Source of the DNA: Burkholderiales bacterium | GTDB lineage: Bacteria > Pseudomonadota > Gammaproteobacteria > Burkholderiales > SG8-41 | Direction of reading: 5' to 3' | Assembly: GCA_046313915.1 (NCBI GenBank) | Contig: JBKBXX010000003.1 | Coordinates: 2,289-66,288, forward strand | Length of the DNA stretch: 64,000 bases | Position numbers and translations under genes: made by a program | In this document: positions 10,409 to 19,335 of the stretch, in pieces | How the letters are laid out: each line of letters opens with the position of its first letter | Position numbering within the stretch: position 1 is the stretch's first letter | Notes under the pieces: model-generated | Databases searched by the model: none | What the model was told of the DNA's origin: nothing | Seen by the model: the letters and a program-made list of their open reading frames with translations, nothing else

Positions 10409-11128
10409 TCAGCGCTGCACGAGCGCCTCGCGCTCTATTCCTTCGACGCCGGTATGGCGCACGTCCTTGCCCTTGACCATGTAGACCACATATTCGGACA
10501 TGTTCTTGGAGTGGTCGCCGATGCGTTCTATGGCTTTGGCGATGAACAGGATGTCTATCGCGTTCGAAATCGTGCGCGGATCCTCCATCATGAAGGTGAT
10601 GAGCTGGCGCAGGATGCCGCGGAAGGCATCGTCCACCTGCTCGTCCTGGCGCACCACTTTCGCCGCCACGGCGAGATCGAGACGGGCGAAGGCATCGAGA
10701 GCGTTTCTCAGCATGCCGAGCGCGAGATCGGCGACGTGGCGGATTTCGGCAGTGCGCGGGATCGAAGGACGGTCGGATTCGTAGATCAGCTGCACCATGC
10801 GCGCGATTTTCGCCGCTTCGTCGCCGATGCGTTCGAGGTCGGTGATGGTCTTGACCACCATCATCAGCATGCGCAGATCGCCGGCCGCCGGCTGGCGGCG
10901 GGCGATCACGGTGCTGCATTCTTCGTCGATGGCGACTTCGAGCGCGTTCACGCGGTGGTCGTCGTCGACCACGCTGGCGGCCAGGTGAACGTTGCCGCTG
11001 ATCAGCGCATCGATGGCACGCACGATCTGCTCCTCGACCAGGCCGCCCATCTGCAGCACGCGCGCCCGTACCGCCTCGAGTTCGGTGTCGAACTGCTTCA
11101 AAGTGTGTTCGCTGCCAGGCATGCTCAC
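10409..11128 (-). CDS. phoU: phosphate signalling complex protein PhoU
   Basis: Duplicated PhoU repeats with ERIGDxxxNI/ERIGDEAAKI motifs. Confidence 0.92.
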   Translation of the reverse strand: MSMPGSEHTLKQFDTELEAVRARVLQMGGLVEEQIVRAIDALISGNVHLAASVVDDDHRVNALEVAIDEECSTVIARRQPAAGDLRMLMMVVKTITDLERIGDEAAKIARMVQLIYESDRPSIPRTAEIRHVADLALGMLRNALDAFARLDLAVAAKVVRQDEQVDDAFRGILRQLITFMMEDPRTISNAIDILFIAKAIERIGDHSKNMSEYVVYMVKGKDVRHTGVEGIEREALVQR

Positions 11129-11168
11129 GGCCTCCTCATCAAAAACAGTCTGTTACCGTAACATTCGA

Positions 11169-11849
11169 TCATGACATTTTTGTGTCCGGCGCAGCGGTCA
11201 GGGTCTGCACTCCCTCGGCGGTGCCGAGCAGCAACACGTCCGCGCCGCGTCTTGCAAACAGGCCATTGGTCACCACGCCGGCGATCTGGTTGAGCGCGGT
11301 TTCCAGTTCGACCGGCGCGGCAATCTGCAGATTGTGCACATCGAGGATGACATTGCCGTTGTCGGTGATGAAATCCTGCCGCAGTCGCGGCAGGCCGCCG
11401 AGCCGCACGAGCTCGCGCGCGACGTAACTGCGCGCCATCGGGATCACCTCGACCGGCAGCGGGAACCTGCCCAGCACGTCCACCAGTTTCGACACGTCGG
11501 CGATGCACACGAACTTGCGCGCCACCGCCGCCACGATTTTTTCCCGGGTGAGCGCGCCGCCACCGCCCTTGATCATCGCGAGCTGACGGGTGATCTCGTC
11601 GGCGCCATCGACATAAACCGGCAGCTCATCGACACTGTTCAGGTCGAGCACCGGGATGCCGTAGTGCTTCAGGCGCTGGGCCGAGGCTGCCGAGCTCGCC
11701 ACGGCGCCTTCGATCCTGTTCTTGATCGCGCCGAGCTCGTCGATGAAAAAATTGGCGGTGGAACCCGTGCCCACGCCGATGATGCAGCCCGCCTGAACGT
11801 GGCCGATCGCGGCCTTGGCGGCTGCCCGTTTCATTTCGTCCTGGGTCAT
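11169..11849 (-). CDS. rpiA: ribose-5-phosphate isomerase A
   Basis: [12 protein letters not shown]...DGADE...[11 protein letters not shown]. Confidence 0.92.
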   Translation of the reverse strand: MTQDEMKRAAAKAAIGHVQAGCIIGVGTGSTANFFIDELGAIKNRIEGAVASSAASAQRLKHYGIPVLDLNSVDELPVYVDGADEITRQLAMIKGGGGALTREKIVAAVARKFVCIADVSKLVDVLGRFPLPVEVIPMARSYVARELVRLGGLPRLRQDFITDNGNVILDVHNLQIAAPVELETALNQIAGVVTNGLFARRGADVLLLGTAEGVQTLTAAPDTKMS

Positions 11850-12000
11850 GTCATGCAGCGGCGTAACGATGAATGGAAGATTGCGAACGACTATACACCA
11901 TTTCCCGTTTGCCCTTCACCCTCCACCATGCTTTCCGAATGGCTCCCGGGCGCCTTTCCTGCTACCCTTGATGGTTGGATTCCGGCGGGTGGTGCCATAC

Positions 12001-13512
12001 ATGAAAAACGGTTATCTGGAACGTATTCTCAATGCGCGGGTGTACGATGTCGCGATCGAAACCCCGCTCGAAGTCGCCGCGAACCTGTCGCGGCGTATCC
12101 ATAACCGGCTGCTGCTCAAGCGCGAAGACATGCAGCCGGTGTTTTCCTTCAAGCTGCGCGGCGCCTACAACAAGATGGTCAGGCTGCCGGCCGCGGCGCT
12201 GGCGCGCGGCGTGATCGCCGCCTCGGCCGGCAATCACGCCCAGGGCGTGGCGCTGGCGGCGCAGAAACTCGGCTGCCGCGCGACCATCGTGATGCCGGTC
12301 ACCACGCCGCAGATCAAGATCGACGCCGTGCGCACGCGCGGCGCGAGGGTCGTGCTCCACGGCGACTCCTACGACGAGGCCTGCGCCCATGCACGGGTGC
12401 TGGAGCGCAAAGGGCGGCTCACCTTCGTCCATCCGTACGACGACCCCGACGTCATTGCCGGGCAGGGCACGATAGGCATGGAAATCCTGCGGCAATGCCC
12501 GCAGCCGATTCACGCCATTTTCGTCGCGATCGGCGGCGGCGGGCTGATCGCGGGCATCGCCGCCTGCGTCAAACGCCTGCGGCCGGAGGTCAGAATCATC
12601 GGGGTCGAGCCGGTGGACGCCGACGCCATGTACCGTTCGCTCAAGGCCGGCAGGCGGATCAGGCTCGACCAGGTCGGGTTGTTTGCCGACGGCGTCGCAG
12701 TAAAGCAGGTCGGAGTCGAAACCTTCCGCCTGTGCCGCGAACTCGTCGACGAGGTGGTGCGGGTCGATACCGACGCGATGTGCGCCGCCATCAAGGATGT
12801 GTTCGAGGACACCCGCGCGATCCTGGAGCCGGCGGGCGCGCTCGCCATCGCCGGCGCCAAGGCTTACGCGGGGCGCACCGCCATCCGCGACAAAACGCTG
12901 GTGGCCGTGGCCTGCGGCGCCAACATGAATTTCGACCGCCTGCGCTTCGTCGCCGAGGAAGCCGAGCTCGGTGAGAAACGCGAGGCGATACTCGCCGTCA
13001 CCATCCCGGAGCGTCCTGGCAGCTTCAAGGCATTCTGCGAGCTGCTGGGTCCGCGCAGCATCACCGAGTTCAACTACCGCTATGCCGACGCCAGAGAAGC
13101 GCATGTGTTCGTCGGCGTGCAGGTTCGCAACCAGGAAGAAACCCGGCGGCTGGTGCGCTCGCTGCGGCATCACGGCCTCAAGACCCATGATTTCAGCGAC
13201 AACGAGCTCGCCAAGCTGCACATCCGTCACCTGGTCGGCGGCCACGCCCCCAAGGCGGAAAACGAAATCCTCTACCGTTTCGAATTCCCGGAACGGCCGG
13301 GAGCGCTGATGAAATTCCTCACCCGCATGAGCCGCGGCTGGAATATCAGCCTGTTCCACTACCGCAACCACGGCGCCGACTACGGGCGCGTGCTGGTCGG
13401 CATGCAGGTGCCGCCCCAGGACCAGCGCAAATTCCGCGCTTTCCTGGCCGAAGTCGGCTATCCGTGGCGCGACGAAAGCCGCAATCCGGCCTACAAGCTG
13501 TTTCTCGCTTGA
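12001..13512 (+). CDS. ilvA: biosynthetic threonine ammonia-lyase
   Basis: YLERILNARVYDV...FSFKLRGAYN...two C-terminal ACT-like regulatory repeats. Confidence 0.92.
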   Translation: MKNGYLERILNARVYDVAIETPLEVAANLSRRIHNRLLLKREDMQPVFSFKLRGAYNKMVRLPAAALARGVIAASAGNHAQGVALAAQKLGCRATIVMPVTTPQIKIDAVRTRGARVVLHGDSYDEACAHARVLERKGRLTFVHPYDDPDVIAGQGTIGMEILRQCPQPIHAIFVAIGGGGLIAGIAACVKRLRPEVRIIGVEPVDADAMYRSLKAGRRIRLDQVGLFADGVAVKQVGVETFRLCRELVDEVVRVDTDAMCAAIKDVFEDTRAILEPAGALAIAGAKAYAGRTAIRDKTLVAVACGANMNFDRLRFVAEEAELGEKREAILAVTIPERPGSFKAFCELLGPRSITEFNYRYADAREAHVFVGVQVRNQEETRRLVRSLRHHGLKTHDFSDNELAKLHIRHLVGGHAPKAENEILYRFEFPERPGALMKFLTRMSRGWNISLFHYRNHGADYGRVLVGMQVPPQDQRKFRAFLAEVGYPWRDESRNPAYKLFLA

Positions 13513-13524
13513 AATCCGGCGGCC

Positions 13525-15468
13525 ATGCCGTACACTTGGACGATGGCGAGATCGCTTCTGTTGCTGGCACTGCTGCTGACGGCCGCCGCCTGCCGCGCCG
13601 CGACCGCGGACGACGACTTCCTGGCTGCGCGCAACGCCTACCGCGCCGGCGACGGCAGGAGGCTCGCGGCGCTTGCGCCGCGGCTCAAGGGCCATCTCCT
13701 CGAGCCTTACGTCGCATACTGGCGGCTGCAGAGCAGGCTCGAGGACGCCGATCCCCGCGAGATCCGCGCTTTTCTCGCCGCCAACCGCGACAGTCCCTTG
13801 TCCGAGCGCCTGCGCAGCGACTGGCTCAAGCTGCTCGGCAAAAACAGGCAATGGGACGAGTTCGACGCCGAGCTTCCCCGGCTCGTCAACGACGATCTCG
13901 AAATCACCTGCTACTCGCTGCAGTCGCGGCTGCGTTTCGATCCGCAGGTGCTGCGCGAAGCACGGCCTTTGTGGTTCGTGGGCCGCGGTTTCCCGGAAAG
14001 CTGCAATCCGCTGTTCAGCGCGCTGGCGGACGCGCGCATGCTGTCGGACGACGATCTGTGGGCGCGCATCCGCATCGCGCTCGAGACGGGTCAGACCGGC
14101 CAGGCGCGCCGCGTCGCCGAATACCTGCCTGCCTCCGAGGCCCCCGACGGCCGCGCACTGAGCGCGATCGCATCCAATCCCGCGGCTTACCTCGAGCGGC
14201 GGCACCTCGATTTCAAGAGCCGCGCCGGCCGCGAAACCACGATGTTTGCCGTGCACCGCCTGGCACGCACTTCGCCGTCGCAGGCAGCCGCACACTGGAG
14301 CCGGATCGAAGCGCGCTTCAGTGAGGAAGAACGCGGGTACGTGTGGGGACTCATCGGTTATTTCGGCGCGATGCGCCACGACCCCGACGCGCTCGCCTGG
14401 TATGCGCGGGCGGGCGACAACATGAGCGATCTGCAGCTGGCGTGGAAAGCCCGCGCGGCGCTGCGCGCCACCGACTGGCGCGAGGTGCTGGCGGCGATCG
14501 ATGCCATGACCGCCAGGGAAAGCGCAGAGGCAAGCTGGCGCTACTGGAAAGCGCGGGCGCTCAAGGCGCTCGGGCGCCACGAAGAAGCGGTGGCGCTGCT
14601 GCAGCCGCTCGCCGCCGAGTTCAATTTTTACGGCCAGCTCGCGACCGAAGAGCTCGGCGGCACGACCACCACCCCGGCCGCCGTTTTCAAGGCGGGTGCC
14701 GAGGAGGTGCGCGCGGTAAGCGAGCTTCCCGGCATCCGGCGCGCCCTCGCGCTCTACCGCCTCGACATGCGCCTGGAAGGCATACGCGAATGGGCATGGG
14801 CGATACGCGGTTTCGACGACAGGCAGCTGCTGGCGGCAGCAGCGGTGGCGTTGCGCAACGGCGTCTACGACCGCGCGATCAATACCGCCGAGCGGACCGT
14901 GGCGCTGCACGACTTCGGCTTGCGTTATCTCGCGCCTTATCGCGACGTGCTCAAGGCGCGCGCTGCCGAACTGGGTCTCGACGAAGCGTGGGTCTACGGC
15001 CTGATCCGGCAGGAAAGCCGTTTCGTCGCCGACATCAAGTCGAGCGCCGGCGCGAGCGGCCTGATGCAGCTGATGCCCGCCACCGCGAAATGGGTGGCGA
15101 AGAAACTGGGATTGAAAGACTGGCGCTGGTCGCAGGTCACCGAAGTCGACACCAACATCGGCCTCGGCACCTATTATCTGCGCCACGTGCTCGACGCGCT
15201 CGACGACCAGCCGGTGCTGGCTTCGGCGGCCTATAATGCCGGTCCGGGGCGTGCGCGCCGCTGGCGCCCCGAGACCGCGATCGAAGGCGCGGTTTATGCC
15301 GAAACCATCCCTTTCAACGAGACGCGCGATTACGTGAAAAAAGTGATGAGCAACGCGACTTACTATTCGCACGTGCTCGGCCAGCAGATGCAGCCGCTCA
15401 AGCAGCGTCTGGGCCTCATCGCCCCGCGCAGCCGCGGCCAGGAATCCGACCTCGGCGATACCCCGTAA
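13525..15468 (+). CDS. slt: soluble lytic murein transglycosylase
   Basis: Signal peptide, superhelical N-domain, C-terminal GLIRQESRF...GLMQLMP...AYNAGPG SLT motifs. Confidence 0.85.
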   Translation: MPYTWTMARSLLLLALLLTAAACRAATADDDFLAARNAYRAGDGRRLAALAPRLKGHLLEPYVAYWRLQSRLEDADPREIRAFLAANRDSPLSERLRSDWLKLLGKNRQWDEFDAELPRLVNDDLEITCYSLQSRLRFDPQVLREARPLWFVGRGFPESCNPLFSALADARMLSDDDLWARIRIALETGQTGQARRVAEYLPASEAPDGRALSAIASNPAAYLERRHLDFKSRAGRETTMFAVHRLARTSPSQAAAHWSRIEARFSEEERGYVWGLIGYFGAMRHDPDALAWYARAGDNMSDLQLAWKARAALRATDWREVLAAIDAMTARESAEASWRYWKARALKALGRHEEAVALLQPLAAEFNFYGQLATEELGGTTTTPAAVFKAGAEEVRAVSELPGIRRALALYRLDMRLEGIREWAWAIRGFDDRQLLAAAAVALRNGVYDRAINTAERTVALHDFGLRYLAPYRDVLKARAAELGLDEAWVYGLIRQESRFVADIKSSAGASGLMQLMPATAKWVAKKLGLKDWRWSQVTEVDTNIGLGTYYLRHVLDALDDQPVLASAAYNAGPGRARRWRPETAIEGAVYAETIPFNETRDYVKKVMSNATYYSHVLGQQMQPLKQRLGLIAPRSRGQESDLGDTP

Positions 15469-15485
15469 AAAAACCGGACCAGACC

Positions 15486-16427
15486 ATGGAAGTGACAAAC
15501 GTCTGTATGCTCGGCGGCAGCGGATTCATCGGCCGCCATCTCTGCCACCAGCTGGCGGCCCGCGGCTACCGTGTGAGCGTGCCGACACGCAATCCCGAAC
15601 GCGCCAAGGAACTGCTGATGCTGCCGACGGTGGAAGTGGTCGGCGCCGACGTGCACGATGTGGAGCAGCTCGCGGAAGTGACGCGCGGCAACGAAGCGGT
15701 GATCAATCTTGTCGGCGTGCTGCACGAAGGACGCGGCAACGCGAGTTTCCGCGAGGCGCACGTCGAGCTGCCGCGCAAGGTCATCGCCGCGTGCCGGCGT
15801 CACGGCATCAGGCGCCTGCTGCACATGAGCGCGCTCAATGCCGGCATCGACGCGCCGAGCGTCTACTTGCGCACCAAAGGCGAGGCAGAAGCCATGGTGC
15901 GCGAATCGGGACTGGAAGCGACCATCTTCCGTCCGTCGGTGGTGTTCGGCCGCGAGGACGCTTTCCTCAACATGTTCGCGCGGCTGCTCAAGCGGCTGCC
16001 GGTGGTGGTGCTCGCCAGTCCCGCCGCGCGTTTCCAGCCGGTGTTCGTGGAAGACGTCGCGGCGGCTTTCGTGAAAAGCCTCGCAGATCCCGGCACCTCG
16101 GGCCAGCGCTACGACCTGTGCGGCCCCAAGGTCTACACCCTGCGCGAGCTGGTCGAATTCGTCGGCAACGCGATCGGGTGTCCGCGCCCCATCATCGGCT
16201 TGAACGACACGCTGTCGTACTGGCAGGCGTTCGCGATGGAGCTGCTGCCGGTAAAACTCATGACGCGCGACAATTACTATTCGATGAAAATCGACAACGT
16301 CTGCCGTTGCGATTTTCCGTTCGGCATCAGGCCCGCCGCGCTGGAAGCCGAAGCGCTGCGCTGGCTCAGGCCCGAGTTGTTGCCGCGGATGCGTTACCAG
16401 CAGTTGCGCAGCCGCGCCGGCCGCTAG
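15486..16427 (+). CDS. NAD(P)H-binding NDUFA9-like / NmrA-like protein
   Basis: MLGGSGFIGRHL Rossmann N-terminus. Confidence 0.75.
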   Translation: MEVTNVCMLGGSGFIGRHLCHQLAARGYRVSVPTRNPERAKELLMLPTVEVVGADVHDVEQLAEVTRGNEAVINLVGVLHEGRGNASFREAHVELPRKVIAACRRHGIRRLLHMSALNAGIDAPSVYLRTKGEAEAMVRESGLEATIFRPSVVFGREDAFLNMFARLLKRLPVVVLASPAARFQPVFVEDVAAAFVKSLADPGTSGQRYDLCGPKVYTLRELVEFVGNAIGCPRPIIGLNDTLSYWQAFAMELLPVKLMTRDNYYSMKIDNVCRCDFPFGIRPAALEAEALRWLRPELLPRMRYQQLRSRAGR

Positions 16428-16475
16428 AAATCTCATGGCCGTGCCCCGCGCCACATCCGCCGAACCGCACGCGAC

Positions 16476-17141
16476 GTGAATCTCACCGATGGGCTGCTGA
16501 CTCCGGCGTGGCAGGCGGCACTGTGGGCAGCGTGGCTCGTTTCGTTCATCCCGCTCGTTCGCGGCCGGGCGTGGCGCGCGCTCGCCGCACCGGACCGCCT
16601 CAATCTGTGGCTGGCGGCGATCGCCGCGGCACTGACGCTGTGGCTGATCCGCGCCGGAATCCGCCCCGGCCTGGAACTGCACCTGCTCGGCGCGACGGTG
16701 CTCACGCTGATGTTCGGTGCACCGCTCGCCCAGCTCGCGGTGTACCTGGTGACCGCGCTCGCGACAGCGCTCGGTACGGCCGGGGCCGACGCCTATCCCG
16801 CGAACGCGCTGCTCGCGGGCGCGCTGCCGGTGTGGGTGTCGCACGCCATGCTGCGCATCGCCGCGCGCTGGCTGCCTCCCAACGTCTTCGTCTACATTTT
16901 CGTCGCCGGTTTTTTCGGCGGCGCGGCGGCAATGGCAGCAACCGCCGTCGGCACGACCGGCCTGCACCTGATGCTGGGAACCTATGGCTTTACCTATCTC
17001 GCCGGCGATTATCTGCCGTTTGCGCTGCTGCTCGCATGGGGCGAGGCGTTCGTCACCGGGATGCTGATCACCCTGATGGTGGTTTATCATCCGGGCTGGG
17101 TTTCGTCTTTCGATGACGCGCGCTATCTGCGCCAACGATAG
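16476..17141 (+). CDS. integral membrane protein (possibly CbiM/ECF-permease-like)
   Basis: Six or more hydrophobic segments. GTG start. Family assignment is tentative. Confidence 0.55.
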   Translation: MNLTDGLLTPAWQAALWAAWLVSFIPLVRGRAWRALAAPDRLNLWLAAIAAALTLWLIRAGIRPGLELHLLGATVLTLMFGAPLAQLAVYLVTALATALGTAGADAYPANALLAGALPVWVSHAMLRIAARWLPPNVFVYIFVAGFFGGAAAMAATAVGTTGLHLMLGTYGFTYLAGDYLPFALLLAWGEAFVTGMLITLMVVYHPGWVSSFDDARYLRQR

Positions 17142-17151
17142 GGTTGCCGGA

Positions 17152-18255
17152 ATGAAAATCTATGCCGTGGGCGGCGCGGTGCGCGACGAATTGCTGGGAC
17201 TGCCGGTAAAGGATCGCGATTACGTCGTGGTCGGCGCGAGCCCGGAGCAGATGCTGGAACTGGGATTCAAGCCGGTCGGCAGGGATTTCCCGGTGTTTCT
17301 GCATCCGCAGACGCACGAGGAATATGCGCTGGCGCGCACCGAGCGCAAGGTGGGCAAGGGTTACCACGGTTTCGAATTCCATGCCGCGCCCGATGTCACG
17401 CTGGAGCAGGATCTGGCGCGGCGCGATCTCACCATCAACGCCATCGCCCGCGACGAGCACGGCGACCTCATCGATCCTTTCAACGGCGTGGCCGATCTCA
17501 GGGCCGGAATCCTGCGCCACGTCGGTCCCGCGTTTGCCGAGGATCCGGTGCGCATCCTGCGCGTGGCACGCTTTGCCGCGCGCTACGGTTTCGCGGTCGC
17601 GCCGGAAACGCTGGCGCTGATGCGCGAGATGGTCGAGGCAGGCGAAGCCGACGCCTTGGTCGCCGAGCGCGTATGGCAGGAAGTGGCGCTGGGGCTGATG
17701 GAAAAAAAACCTTCGCGCATGTTCGAGACGCTGCGTGAATGCGGCGCGCTTGGCCGCGTGATGCCCGAAATCGATGCCTTGCTGGCAAGCGGCGGCGACG
17801 GGACGTTGCGCGCGCTCGACGCGGCGGCGCAGGCCGGAGCGTCGCTCGAAGTGCGCTTTGCCGTGCTCACGCGCCGCCTCGATCCGCTTGCGGCAGCAGC
17901 CCTGGCCGAGCGCCTGCGGGCGCCGGCGGCGTGCCGCGATCTGGCGTTGCTCGCCGCACGCCATGCCAATCTCATCGCCGATGCCGCGGAGCTCGACGCC
18001 GCCACGCTGCTCGAATTGCTGAACGCCGCCGACGTGTGGCGCCGGCCCGAGCGTTTTGCCGAACTGGTGACGGCGGCGCTGATCGACGAACCCGCGGCAG
18101 CGGCGGCGCGCGCCCGACTGGAACGCGCGGTGCGGGCCGCAACCGCGGTCGAGGCCGGGGAAACCGCGCGCGGCGCGGCCGGCGCAGACGAAATCCGCCG
18201 TCGCATCGACGCCGCACGGCTCTCGGCGATACGCGCCGCGCTCGAAAAGCGGTAA
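17152..18255 (+). CDS. cca: tRNA nucleotidyltransferase (CCA-adding enzyme)
   Basis: [16 protein letters not shown]...DRDYVV...RRDLTINA. Confidence 0.85.
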   Translation: MKIYAVGGAVRDELLGLPVKDRDYVVVGASPEQMLELGFKPVGRDFPVFLHPQTHEEYALARTERKVGKGYHGFEFHAAPDVTLEQDLARRDLTINAIARDEHGDLIDPFNGVADLRAGILRHVGPAFAEDPVRILRVARFAARYGFAVAPETLALMREMVEAGEADALVAERVWQEVALGLMEKKPSRMFETLRECGALGRVMPEIDALLASGGDGTLRALDAAAQAGASLEVRFAVLTRRLDPLAAAALAERLRAPAACRDLALLAARHANLIADAAELDAATLLELLNAADVWRRPERFAELVTAALIDEPAAAAARARLERAVRAATAVEAGETARGAAGADEIRRRIDAARLSAIRAALEKR

Positions 18256-18294
18256 CGGGCGAGGGCCCGGTTTCGGCCTGCGGCTTCGCGAAGA

Positions 18295-18336
18295 ACTCAT
18301 CACCCGTCACCCCTCACCCATGATCCATCACCCCCA
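18295..18336. repeat. imperfect heptamer array (CCCNTCA x6)
   Basis: ctcatca cccgtca cccctca cccatga tccatca ccccca, between cca and the GST gene. Confidence 0.7.
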
Positions 18337-18348
18337 CGAGGAGCTGCA

Positions 18349-18972
18349 ATGATCGATCTTCATACCTGGACCACGCCCAACGGCCGCAAAGTTTCCATCA
18401 TGCTCGAGGAATGCGGGCTGCCGTACAAAGTGCACCCGGTCAACATCGGTAAAGGCGAGCAGTTGCGGCCCGAGTTCATCGCCATCAGCCCCAACGGCAG
18501 GATTCCGGCGATCGTCGACCCCGACGGCCCCGACGGCAAACCGTACGCGATGATGGAGTCGGGCGCGATCCTGGTCTATCTCGCGGGCAAAAGCGGTCGT
18601 TTCCTGCCGCACGCGGTGCGCGGCCGATACGATGCGCTGCAGTGGCTGATGTTCCAGATGGGCGGCGTCGGCCCGATGTTCGGCCAGGCGCATCACTTCC
18701 TGCGCGCCGCCAGGGAAATGGTGCCGTACGCGATCGAGCGTTATGTCGCCGAAACGCGGCGGCTCTACGGCGTGCTGAACGACCGCCTCGCGCACCGCGA
18801 CTATCTCGCCGACGAGTATTCGATCGCCGACATCGCGACCTATCCGTGGGTCGCCCGCCACGAATGGCACAAAACCGACCTCGACGAATTCCCGCACGTG
18901 AAACGCTGGTTCGACGCCATTTCGGCGCGACCCGCGGTGCGGCGCGGGATGAACGTGCCGGCAGCGGCGTAA
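18349..18972 (+). CDS. glutathione S-transferase (YfcG-like)
   Basis: [13 protein letters not shown]...[12 protein letters not shown]...[10 protein letters not shown]. Confidence 0.85.
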   Translation: MIDLHTWTTPNGRKVSIMLEECGLPYKVHPVNIGKGEQLRPEFIAISPNGRIPAIVDPDGPDGKPYAMMESGAILVYLAGKSGRFLPHAVRGRYDALQWLMFQMGGVGPMFGQAHHFLRAAREMVPYAIERYVAETRRLYGVLNDRLAHRDYLADEYSIADIATYPWVARHEWHKTDLDEFPHVKRWFDAISARPAVRRGMNVPAAA

Positions 18973-18997
18973 GGTGCCGGGCGCGCCCGCGGCGCGG

Positions 18998-19270
18998 TTA
19001 TCTGGACGGCGGCACGTAGCCGGCAGCGGCATCGGCACCGCCGCCGAAAAAATGCTTCTCCATCTGCTGGGCGAGATAATCCCGCGCCTTCTTGTCCGCG
19101 AGATTGAGGCGGTTTTCGTTGACCAGCATTTTCTGCAGTTCGAGCCACTGCTTCCACGCTTCCTTGGACACGTTCTCGAAAATCCGCTTGCCGAGTTCGC
19201 CCGGATAAGGCGGGAAATCCAGCCCTTCGGCTTCGCGGCCCAGCTTTATGCACTTCACCATTCTTGCCAT
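18998..19270 (-). CDS. yggX: Fe(2+)-trafficking protein YggX
   Basis: [39 protein letters not shown]. Confidence 0.9.
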   Translation of the reverse strand: MARMVKCIKLGREAEGLDFPPYPGELGKRIFENVSKEAWKQWLELQKMLVNENRLNLADKKARDYLAQQMEKHFFGGGADAAAGYVPPSR

Positions 19271-19335
19271 AACCATCACTCCGGATCAGTGGTCAAACAT
19301 TGCAGGATTGTCGCTCACCCGCCACGCCGGGTAAA

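Noticed and set aside
11962-15498. 1178-aa ORF on the minus strand
   Set aside because: It runs antisense across ilvA and slt, both of which have clear family signatures, and has no recognisable domains. This is a GC-driven open frame.
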